A program made the position numbers and the translations under genes. Shown here piece by piece: positions 9,487 through 16,741 of a stretch of 40,000 bases of DNA. The notes below the pieces were generated by a model, which saw only the letters and a program-made list of their open reading frames with translations, was not told the DNA's origin and made no database searches. The stretch spans positions 128,318-168,317 of the forward strand of contig JABGCG010000005.1 in assembly GCA_019799925.1 (NCBI GenBank), read 5' to 3'. Origin of the DNA: Blastococcus sp. CPCC 205250. GTDB lineage: Bacteria > Actinomycetota > Actinomycetes > Mycobacteriales > Geodermatophilaceae. How positions within the stretch are numbered: position 1 is the stretch's first letter; each line of letters opens with the position of its first letter.

Positions 9487-10053
9487 ATGACCACGACCGA
9501 CGCCGCCGTCACCCGCGCGCGGGACGCCGTCGACGAGATCATCGGCCAGTGGGGACGGGTCCGCCCGGGCCTCGACGTCTCCGCGATGCAGGTCTTCGGG
9601 CGACTGCACCGCAGCTTCCTGCTCTACCGCTCCGCCATCGGCGAGCGCTTCACGGAGGCCGGCACGACCGAGCCGGGCTTCGACGTCCTCGCCGCGCTGC
9701 GCCGGTCCGGGCCGAGCCAGCGGCTCAGCGCCGGCGAGCTCGCGCGGCAGACGCTGGTCACCACCGGCGGGCTGACGCTGCGGGTCAAGCGCCTGGAGAA
9801 GGAGGGCCTCGTGCGGCGCGAGCGCGACCCCGAGGACCACCGGATGGTCTACGTCTCGCTCACCGACGCCGGCCGGGAGCTGGTCGACCGGACAGCGGAC
9901 CTGCACTTCGACAACATGGCCCGGATGCTGGAGGGGCTCACCGGCGGCGAGCGCGAGGACCTCGCGCGCCTGCTGGGGCGGCTGTTCGACTGCCTGCAGG
10001 AGGCCACCCCGGGGCTGGACCTCGCCGAGGCCGCTGCCGCCGGCGAGCGCTGA
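9487..10053 (+). CDS. MarR family transcriptional regulator
   Basis: ATG at 9487 is preceded by GAGGAGG. 188 aa with FDVLAALRRSGPSQRLSAGELARQTLVTTGGLTLRVKRLEKEGLVRRERDPEDHRMVYVSLTDAGRE. Divergent from the BenE-like gene. Confidence 0.85.
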   Translation: MTTTDAAVTRARDAVDEIIGQWGRVRPGLDVSAMQVFGRLHRSFLLYRSAIGERFTEAGTTEPGFDVLAALRRSGPSQRLSAGELARQTLVTTGGLTLRVKRLEKEGLVRRERDPEDHRMVYVSLTDAGRELVDRTADLHFDNMARMLEGLTGGEREDLARLLGRLFDCLQEATPGLDLAEAAAAGER

Positions 10054-10054
10054 A

Positions 10055-10121
10055 CTCGACGAGATCTGCACAGTCGTCACCATCAGCCCGCGATGGCGAC
10101 GAGTGTGCAGATCTCGTCGAG
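10055..10121. terminator. Very long hairpin between convergent genes (candidate bidirectional terminator)
   Basis: Perfect 18-bp outer arms, CTCGACGAGATCTGCACA (10055-10072) and TGTGCAGATCTCGTCGAG (10104-10121). An inner stem pairs at 10 of 12 positions, with a 7-nt loop. It starts 2 nt after the MarR stop and ends 11 nt before the RidA stop. Confidence 0.6.
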
Positions 10122-10132
10122 AAGACCAGGGG

Positions 10133-10528
10133 TCAGGCGCCGGAGGCGCTGCCCCGGATCCCCTGCGCCTCGACCTCGACCTTGAGGCCGGGGTCGACCA
10201 GGGCGGCGACCTGCACCAGCGTCGAGCACGGGAAGTCCCCGGTGAAGACCTCGCCGCGGGCCCGGCCGACGGCGACCTTGTCGTCGATGTCGGTGAGGTA
10301 GACCCGCAGCACCAGGATGTCGTCCACCGACGCCCCGCAGGCCTCGGTCAGCTCGCGCACCCGGCGGAACGTCTCCACCGCCTGCAGGTAGGTGTCGTCC
10401 CCGCCGACGGGCCCGTCCGGGCCGCCGGCGTGCATGCCGGAGAGGAAGAAGTGCTCGCCGTGCACCCGGGCGTTGCTGAACATCCCCGGCCGGGGTGGCT
10501 CCGGCACCGACTCCGCGCCGACCCTCAT
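10133..10528 (-). CDS. RidA/YjgF/L-PSP family protein (variant lacking the canonical Arg)
   Basis: C-terminal 131 aa of ORF 10133..10756(-). ATG at 10528 overlaps the upstream stop (ATGA). Motifs FLSGMHAG and TLVQVAALVDPGLKVEVEA. The position of the PARS Arg reads PCST. Confidence 0.85.
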   Translation of the reverse strand: MRVGAESVPEPPRPGMFSNARVHGEHFFLSGMHAGGPDGPVGGDDTYLQAVETFRRVRELTEACGASVDDILVLRVYLTDIDDKVAVGRARGEVFTGDFPCSTLVQVAALVDPGLKVEVEAQGIRGSASGA

Positions 10529-10857
10529 GCCCGTCCCGTCCTCTCGTTGGCCTCGCGGACCAGGCGCTGCCGGGTCTCCAGGAAGTCGTACGTGGGGTAG
10601 AAGTCGGTCTGGAAGACGCCCCAGGCGCGGCGCTCCAGCTCGACGTTCACGGCCTGCAGCAGCCGGGGTGGCAGGCGCAGCGTGACGATCTGCCCCACGC
10701 CCATCGCGACCACCCAGGACACGACCTCGCAGCCCTCCGGCGGGAAGCCGTTCCACCAGTCGACGGCGTCGAGCTTGTCCCGCTGCTGCACGAGGTCCTG
10801 CGTCTGGTCGTGCCGCAGGAAGACCGTGAGGAGCATGGTCTCCTCGGCGTCAGCCAT
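10525..10857 (-). CDS. Small conserved-looking protein (110 aa), possibly a ferredoxin-like/DUF3303-like fold
   Basis: ATG at 10857 overlaps the Rieske gene stop by 8 nt, and its own stop overlaps the next ATG. Non-repetitive sequence: MLLTVFLRHDQTQDLVQQRDKLDAVDWWNGFPPEGCEVVSWVVAMG. The family assignment is tentative. Confidence 0.6.
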   Translation of the reverse strand: MADAEETMLLTVFLRHDQTQDLVQQRDKLDAVDWWNGFPPEGCEVVSWVVAMGVGQIVTLRLPPRLLQAVNVELERRAWGVFQTDFYPTYDFLETRQRLVREANERTGRA

Positions 10858-11950
10858 GCGTGGCGGGCACCAGCTGCGCGGCCTGCGCCTTGGCGTCGGC
10901 GCGGTACATCCGCCGGATGCGCGAGACGCCGAGGTCGTGCTGGTAGAGGTGCTCGTCGACGTCGGCGTCGGCGGCGAGGGCCTCGAGCACGATGCGGTCC
11001 TGCTCGAGCACCTGCCAGTGCTTGGCCTCCAGCCGGGTGCGGTACAGGAAGCGCCACACCTCGCGCTCCCAGCCCTCCACCTCACGGGTCCGCCAGTGGA
11101 AGATCGCCGAGTTGTGCTCGTCGATGGGCGTGGCCATGCCGACGATGCCGAACGTCCCGCCGGGGCCGGCGTTCTGCGCGTAGGGGATCTCCAGGTCGAC
11201 GTAGTCCATCGCGCCGCGGACGAACTCCACCCAGTCGAAGTTGACGCCGCGCTGGTCGGTCTTCTCGAAGAAGAAGCCGCGGTCGGTCTCCCGGATGCGG
11301 AACCGGGCCGAGGTGTCGCCGCCGAACATCGAGTGCGAGTCGCGGTGCAGGAAGGCGCCGTGCATCGGGTCCAGGACGTTGTCCATGTAGAACCGCCACG
11401 GCCCGGCCCACTCGGCGTAGTTGGGGAACCAGGAGACGGCGGGGTCGGCGAGCCGGTCGGGCAGCACGAACTCCGTCGGCGTGGAGTCCTCGGTGAGCGG
11501 CACGAAGGCGAAGATCGTGTCCGCGGCCTCGGCGACCTGCAGCGAGACGGTCGCCTTCTTGCCCTCGAGGGCGCAGCCGGGCATGCCGGGCACCGAGACG
11601 ACGGTGCCGGAGCCGTCGACCTGGACGCCGTGGTAGCGGCAGGCCACCCGGTCGCCGAGGTGCTGGCCGACCGACAGCGGCGCGCTGCGGTGGGGGCAGC
11701 GGTCCTCGAGCATCGAGATGCGGCCCGAGGCGTTGCGGAACAGCAGCCAGTCCACGCCCAGACGCGTCACCTTGACCATCTCCCCGGCACCGACGAAGCG
11801 CGACGGGAGGATGGGGTACCAGCGGTCGCGCAGGCCGGTGGCCGCGATCTCCTCCGCCGAGAGGGTGCGCCGGGTGCCGACGACCGTCGGCGTCCGGACC
11901 GGCCGCGGGCGGGCAGGAGCGGTGGTGGAGGCGGTGGTGGGGGTGGTCAT
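10850..11950 (-). CDS. Rieske [2Fe-2S] aromatic-ring-hydroxylating oxygenase, alpha-only (phthalate/VanA-type family)
   Basis: Rieske motif CPHRSAPLSVGQHLGDRVACRYHG. Mononuclear iron motif DNVLDPMHGAFLH. No beta-subunit gene is nearby. It is partnered with a PDR-type reductase in the same operon. Confidence 0.9.
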   Translation of the reverse strand: MTTPTTASTTAPARPRPVRTPTVVGTRRTLSAEEIAATGLRDRWYPILPSRFVGAGEMVKVTRLGVDWLLFRNASGRISMLEDRCPHRSAPLSVGQHLGDRVACRYHGVQVDGSGTVVSVPGMPGCALEGKKATVSLQVAEAADTIFAFVPLTEDSTPTEFVLPDRLADPAVSWFPNYAEWAGPWRFYMDNVLDPMHGAFLHRDSHSMFGGDTSARFRIRETDRGFFFEKTDQRGVNFDWVEFVRGAMDYVDLEIPYAQNAGPGGTFGIVGMATPIDEHNSAIFHWRTREVEGWEREVWRFLYRTRLEAKHWQVLEQDRIVLEALAADADVDEHLYQHDLGVSRIRRMYRADAKAQAAQLVPATHG

Positions 11951-11951
11951 C

Positions 11952-12170
11952 TCAGTCTCCCAGTCGGCGCATCTCGGCGCGGAGCGAGTCCGCGGTCCAG
12001 GGGCCCCCGTCGGGGGCGTTGAGGCCCAGGCCGTTCAGGCCCTCGACCAGGCCGGGCAGGTCGTGCACGCCGCGCCCGAAGACCTCCATGATCGCGCCGG
12101 AGAGCTTCTGCTCGTACGGGCTGATGGGGTGCGGGTGCGTCTGGTGCTCTTCCAGGTACTGCTCAGGCAT
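11952..12170 (-). CDS. 72-aa protein resembling a stand-alone recombinase-domain-type helix-turn-helix
   Basis: ATG at 12170 overlaps the upstream stop by 8 nt, and its stop lies 1 nt before the Rieske ATG. LVEGLNGLGLNAPDGGPWTADSLRAEMRRLG resembles the LN..G....G..W....V motif of serine-recombinase 'Recombinase' domains. High GC3. Confidence 0.6.
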   Translation of the reverse strand: MPEQYLEEHQTHPHPISPYEQKLSGAIMEVFGRGVHDLPGLVEGLNGLGLNAPDGGPWTADSLRAEMRRLGD

Positions 12171-12729
12171 GCGCTTCCTCCCTGGCCGTGGGCACGAGGG
12201 ACGACAGGCCCTCGGCGATGGACATGAACGCGGTGACCCACTCCGCGAAGGAGCGGGGGTTGCTGCGGTGCACGGGTGCGGCGGTGCCGTCGACGATCAC
12301 CATCACGCCGTTGTCGACGCCGCCGGCCACGGTCTGGGCCTGCGAGGTGTCGGTGTCCGGCCGGGGGGCCGCGACCACGACGAGGGTCGGGGTGTGGACC
12401 TGCTTGAGCAGCTCCCAGTAGGCGGGGTCGGCCTCGTCGACCTCCGGGTCGGCAGCCAGGATGCTCACCACCAGCTCGGGCCGGCGGGCGGCCAGCAGCA
12501 ACGCCCGCGGCACCGCCGTCCCGGCCGCCACGACGTGCACCGGGCCACCGGCCGCCTGGCGGGCGATCGCGTCGCCGGCCTGGGCCAGGAACTCCTCGTC
12601 GGCGGGGTCGCCCTCGGGGCCCCACTCGACCGCGCCGAGGGCGTGCACCTGGTCGAGGAACCAGTCGGCGGGCTCGCTGCCCGCGCGCAGGCAGAGGACG
12701 CCGGCGCCGAGCTCGTCGTCGGCGGGCAT
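12163..12729 (-). CDS. Short alpha/beta-hydrolase-fold-like protein without a canonical GxSxG nucleophile
   Basis: 188 aa. Strand-helix pattern with HVVAAGTAVPRALLLAARRP at the expected nucleophile elbow. TLVVVAAPRPD and VDGTAAPVHRSNP lie near the C-terminus. Tightly packed with both neighbours. Confidence 0.6.
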   Translation of the reverse strand: MPADDELGAGVLCLRAGSEPADWFLDQVHALGAVEWGPEGDPADEEFLAQAGDAIARQAAGGPVHVVAAGTAVPRALLLAARRPELVVSILAADPEVDEADPAYWELLKQVHTPTLVVVAAPRPDTDTSQAQTVAGGVDNGVMVIVDGTAAPVHRSNPRSFAEWVTAFMSIAEGLSSLVPTAREEAHA

Positions 12730-12730
12730 G

Positions 12731-14404
12731 TCAGTGGCTCCCCTCGGGGGTCGGGATGTGCACGGGCGGGGTGAACGCCCCGGGCACCGGGTCCAGCGCG
12801 GTCACGTCCACCTCGACGACCACCGGCCGCCGGGCCGCGACGGCCTCGCGGAGCACGGCCTCGAACCGGCCGGGGCCCCGGACCAGCCAGTACGGCATGG
12901 CGAGGGAGGCGGCGAGCTCGCCGAAGTCGGGGGTGAACAGGTCGACGCCCACGACGTCGAAGCCGTTGGCCCGCTGCATGTTCCGCAGGACGCCGTAGCC
13001 GCCGTCGTTGAAGACCAGCACGACGACCCACGCCCCGGTCCCGCACAGCGACGCCAGCTCGCCGAGGTGCACCGCCAGCCCACCGTCGCCGGCCATGACC
13101 ACAGTCGGCGCCTCGGGCCGGCCGACCGCTGCGCCGATGCCCATCGCCAGGCCCTGGCCGATGCCACCGCCGAGCGGGAAGACGTTCGAGCTGCGGGCGT
13201 AGAACTCCAGCAGCCGGTTGCCCCACTGGCTCGACGGGATGGTGACGTCGCGGGCGACGACCGACTCCCGCGGCAGCACGGTGCGCAGCCCCGCGCAGAT
13301 CTCGGCGTACCCGCCGATGTACTCGTACAGCTCGTCGCGGACCTGCTGGCGCACGGCCTGCACCCGCCCGGGCCAGCCGGCGTCGGTCGAGCCCGCGGGC
13401 AGCCGCTCCAGCAGGGCGGTCAGCACCGCGCGGGCGTCGCCGACCAGGCCCACCTCGGCCGGGTACACCCGTCCGACGGCCGCGGGGTCGACGTCGATCT
13501 GCACGTGCCGCTTGGGCAGCTCGAGCGCGTAGCTCTTCGTCTCGTTGGAGCGGAAGTGGCTGCCGACGGTGAGCAGCAGGTCGGCCTCGGCCAGCAACGG
13601 GGCGACCGCCGGGGTGCTGGCGAAGTTGCCGATGACGAGGGGGTCGTCCTCGGGGACGACCGCCCGCCCGGAGTTGCTGGTGAGCACGCCGGCGCCCAGG
13701 CGGTGGACCAGCTCGGCCAGCTCGGCCGGGGCGGCGGCCCCGCCGCCACCGATCCACAGCAGCGGCCGCTGGGCGGCGGCGAGCAGGGCGGCCGCGGCGT
13801 CGAGGGCGTCGTCGTCGGGGTGCGGCACGGGAGCCGGCGCCGCGGTGTGCGGCTGCTGCTGGTCGGGGCGGGCCAGGTACTGCAGGTCCGAGGGCCACTC
13901 GACGCTGGCCGGGCCGGACGGCGTGCCCGTGATCGCGGCGATCGCCTCCTCCAGCGTCGCCTCGGCGCGGTCGGCCGACGGGACGGTCGCGGCGAACGCG
14001 GAGATGGCCTCGAGCATCTTCCGCTGACCGGGGAACTCGTGGATGACCCCGCGGGCCGAGCCCGGCGCCGCCGGGTCGTAGTGCTCGCTGTCGATCTGGC
14101 CGGTGACGTGCAGGACCCGGCTGCCGGCGGTGAGCGCCTCGATCATCGAGCCCGCGGCGTTGCCCGCCCCGGTACCGGTGCTGGTGAGCGCGACGCCGAC
14201 CTTCCCGGTGGCGCGGGCGTACCCGTCGGCGGCGTTGACGACGGCGGCCTCGTGGCGCATCTCGACGAAGCGCAGCTCGCGGGCGACGGCCTCGACCAGC
14301 GGCAGGTTGTGCACGCTGATCACGCCGAAGGCGGTGTCGATGCCGTGCCGCTTCATGACGGCGACGAGGACGTCGCCGCCGGTCGGCGGGCGTTCGCTGT
14401 TCAT
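12731..14404 (-). CDS. Thiamine-diphosphate-dependent enzyme (acetolactate synthase / benzoylformate decarboxylase superfamily)
   Basis: 557 aa. N-terminal Pyr domain GGDVLVAVMKRHGIDTAFGVISVHNLPL..HEAAVVNAADGYAR..TSTGTGAGNAAGSMIEA. C-terminal ThDP motif GDGGLAV..NDGGYGVL. ATG at 14404 is preceded by GAGGA. Confidence 0.9.
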   Translation of the reverse strand: MNSERPPTGGDVLVAVMKRHGIDTAFGVISVHNLPLVEAVARELRFVEMRHEAAVVNAADGYARATGKVGVALTSTGTGAGNAAGSMIEALTAGSRVLHVTGQIDSEHYDPAAPGSARGVIHEFPGQRKMLEAISAFAATVPSADRAEATLEEAIAAITGTPSGPASVEWPSDLQYLARPDQQQPHTAAPAPVPHPDDDALDAAAALLAAAQRPLLWIGGGGAAAPAELAELVHRLGAGVLTSNSGRAVVPEDDPLVIGNFASTPAVAPLLAEADLLLTVGSHFRSNETKSYALELPKRHVQIDVDPAAVGRVYPAEVGLVGDARAVLTALLERLPAGSTDAGWPGRVQAVRQQVRDELYEYIGGYAEICAGLRTVLPRESVVARDVTIPSSQWGNRLLEFYARSSNVFPLGGGIGQGLAMGIGAAVGRPEAPTVVMAGDGGLAVHLGELASLCGTGAWVVVLVFNDGGYGVLRNMQRANGFDVVGVDLFTPDFGELAASLAMPYWLVRGPGRFEAVLREAVAARRPVVVEVDVTALDPVPGAFTPPVHIPTPEGSH

Positions 14405-14416
14405 GGGGTCCTCACT

Positions 14417-15199
14417 TCAGAGGTAGCGGGAGACGCCGCCACCGACGTCGATGGTCGCGCCGGTGCAGTACGAGGACAGGGGCGACAGGAGCGAGACGAT
14501 CGGGAACGCGACCTCCTCGGCGTGGCCGAACCGGCCGAGCGCGATGCCCCGGTCGGCGGCGATCTCGGCGCTCCACTCCTCGTAGGTCTGCGGAGTGCCG
14601 GAGGCCTCGTAGCGCCGCCGCCACTGCCCGGTGTCGACCAGGCCGAGGGCCACCGAGTTGACCCGGATGCCCTCCGGCCCGAGCTCGGCCGACAGCGTGC
14701 GGGTCAGGTTGAGCAGCGCCGCGCGGGCCGCGGAGGTGATGGCCAGCCGGGCCTCGGGCTGCTTGGCCAGGATCGCGTTGACGTTGACCACCGAGGCGGC
14801 GTCGGAGGCGGCCAGGTGGGGGCGCGCGGCGCGGATCACGTTCCACGCGCCGAAGACCTTGAGGTCCAGCTCCTCGCGGATCTGCTCGTCGGTGGTGTCG
14901 CTGATCGGCGCCATGAGCGAGCGGCCGGCGTTGCACACCACGCCGTCCACCCCGCCGAAGACCTCGACGCCCTCGGCGACCATCGCCTCGACCGAGGCGC
15001 GGTCGACGACGTCGCAGGCCACCGCGTGCACCTTGCCCGGGCCCGGCAGCGCGCCGACGGCGGACTGCAGGCGCTCGAGGTCGCGGGCGGAGGCCACGAC
15101 CGCGGCTCCCTCCCCCACGAGGAGGCGGGTGGTCGCCAGGCCCACGCCGGAGCTCGCCCCGGTGACGAGGACGACGCGTCCGCTCAGCTGGAGGTCCAT
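14417..15199 (-). CDS. Short-chain dehydrogenase/reductase fold protein with a degenerate catalytic triad
   Basis: Cofactor motif VTGASSGVG and CNAG are present. The Ser..YxxxK positions read VNVNA and ITSAAR instead of NxSS and YxxSK. Confidence 0.85.
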   Translation of the reverse strand: MDLQLSGRVVLVTGASSGVGLATTRLLVGEGAAVVASARDLERLQSAVGALPGPGKVHAVACDVVDRASVEAMVAEGVEVFGGVDGVVCNAGRSLMAPISDTTDEQIREELDLKVFGAWNVIRAARPHLAASDAASVVNVNAILAKQPEARLAITSAARAALLNLTRTLSAELGPEGIRVNSVALGLVDTGQWRRRYEASGTPQTYEEWSAEIAADRGIALGRFGHAEEVAFPIVSLLSPLSSYCTGATIDVGGGVSRYL

Positions 15200-15208
15200 G
15201 GATGCTCC

Positions 15209-15952
15209 CTACTGCACCATCGTGAAGCCGCCGTCGACCGCGACGACCTGGCCGGTGACGAACCCGGCCCGGTCCGACAGCAGATAGGCGACGAGGTCGG
15301 CGACGTCCTGCGGGGTCTGCTCGCGGGTGAGCACCCGGTTGTCGGCGTAGAGCTGGAAGCGGTGGTCCGGGACCGTCTCGGTCGCCTCGACGCGGATCAG
15401 GCCGGGGGCGACGGCGTTCACGCGGACGCCGTGCGGGCCGGCGTCGCGGGCCATCGTGCGGGTCATCGCCATGACCGCGCCCTTGGAGCCGACGTAGTGC
15501 ACCAGCCGCGGCGAGCCGTAGATCGCGGTGTCGGAGGCGACGTTGACGATCGCGCCGGCGCCCTTCTCCAGCATCTGCGGGACCAGGCGGGCGGCGACCT
15601 GCCAGGTGCCCAGGGCGTTGACGGTCATGATCCGGCGGAAGGCCTCGACGTCGAGCTCCCAGAACGCGTCGCCGCCGACGCCGTCGGCCAGAGCAGCGTT
15701 GTTGACCAGGGCGTCGACGCCGCCGAGGGCCTCGGTGGCCTCGGCCAGCGCGGCGACCGAGTGCGGGTCGGCGATGTCGACGGTCAGCGCGTGCACCTCG
15801 GCGCCGCCGGCGCGCAGCTCGGCGGCGGTCTGCTCCAGCAGCTCGCCGCGGATGTCGCCGAGGACGAGCCGGTCCCCCTCGGCGGCCAGCGTCTCGGCGA
15901 TGACGCGGCCCAGGCCGCGGGCCGCGCCGGTGACCACGCTCAGCCGGCTCAT
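15209..15952 (-). CDS. Short-chain dehydrogenase/reductase (classical)
   Basis: C-terminal 247 aa of ORF 15209..16456(-). Motifs VTGAARGLG, NNAA, VNVAS and YVGSKGAV (S-Y-K intact). ATG at 15952 overlaps the upstream stop (ATGA). Confidence 0.9.
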   Translation of the reverse strand: MSRLSVVTGAARGLGRVIAETLAAEGDRLVLGDIRGELLEQTAAELRAGGAEVHALTVDIADPHSVAALAEATEALGGVDALVNNAALADGVGGDAFWELDVEAFRRIMTVNALGTWQVAARLVPQMLEKGAGAIVNVASDTAIYGSPRLVHYVGSKGAVMAMTRTMARDAGPHGVRVNAVAPGLIRVEATETVPDHRFQLYADNRVLTREQTPQDVADLVAYLLSDRAGFVTGQVVAVDGGFTMVQ

Positions 15953-16740
15953 CGGGCGGCCCCCCACAGGTCGAGCACCGCGCGGGCGACCTCGGCGGGC
16001 TTCTCGGTGAGCGCGGCGTGGCCGGCGCCGGGGACGACGACGAGACGGGCGCCGGGGATGCGGTCGGCCAGCAGGCGGGACTCCTCGACGCCGGTGACGA
16101 CGTCGTGCTCGCCGACGAGCACCAGCGTCGGCACGGTGATCGTCGGCAGCAGGTCGGCGGTGTCGGTGGCGGCCATGAACTCCGCGGCGGCGGCGTAGCC
16201 GGGCAGCCGGACCCGGGCCATCTCGGCGCCCACGGCCTCGGCCACCTCCGGGTCGCAGCCCGGTGCGACCAGCCGCGGCGCGCGGGCCGCGGCGAAGGCG
16301 CGCGCGCCCTGCTCGGTCAGCTCGGCGACCCGCGCCCGCATGGCCGCTGCCTTCGACGGGTCGGTGCCCGAGCCGCGGGTGGAGTCGGCCAGCACCAGGG
16401 TGGCGACCCGCTCGGGGTGGCGGGCGGCGACGACGGTGGCGATCACGCCGCCCCACGAGGTGCCGAAGAGGTCCACGCGGTCCAGGCCCAGCTCGTCGAG
16501 GACCGCCAGCACACGGGCGGGGTAGTCGACGTCGGCCGGCTCGGCCGGATCGGCCGACTCCCCGTAGCCGGGGGCGTCCCAGGCGACGGCGCGGGCGCCG
16601 TTCGCGGCGAGGACGGCGCTCACCCCGGCACAGGAGCGCGCGCTGCCACCGATGCCGTGCAGCAGGAGGACCGGGCGGCCGGTCCCCTCGTCGGTGACGG
16701 CGAGGCCACCGGCCAGCCGGGTGCGGACGGGAGTGGACAC
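15949..16740 (-). CDS. Alpha/beta hydrolase (meta-cleavage-product hydrolase-like)
   Basis: 263 aa. HG oxyanion motif LLLHGIGGS, nucleophile elbow GTSWGG, C-terminal GAGHAA. GTG start at 16740, 1 nt after the dioxygenase stop. Confidence 0.85.
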   Translation of the reverse strand: MSTPVRTRLAGGLAVTDEGTGRPVLLLHGIGGSARSCAGVSAVLAANGARAVAWDAPGYGESADPAEPADVDYPARVLAVLDELGLDRVDLFGTSWGGVIATVVAARHPERVATLVLADSTRGSGTDPSKAAAMRARVAELTEQGARAFAAARAPRLVAPGCDPEVAEAVGAEMARVRLPGYAAAAEFMAATDTADLLPTITVPTLVLVGEHDVVTGVEESRLLADRIPGARLVVVPGAGHAALTEKPAEVARAVLDLWGAAR

Positions 16741-16741
16741 G

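Noticed and set aside
12461-16198. Very long ORFs in the track. Examples: 12461..16198(+) 1245 aa, 16652..19423(+) 923 aa, 631..2907(+), 4192..6297(-), 4272..6434(+), 29077..31908(-), 7642..10053(+) apart from its MarR tail, and 38454..39920(-).
   Set aside because: Their translations are dominated by Arg/Pro/Gly/Ala/Asp runs with no recognisable motifs. They lie antisense to, or out of frame with, ORFs that have clear family signatures and high GC3. These are typical shadow ORFs of a high-GC genome with few stop codons.
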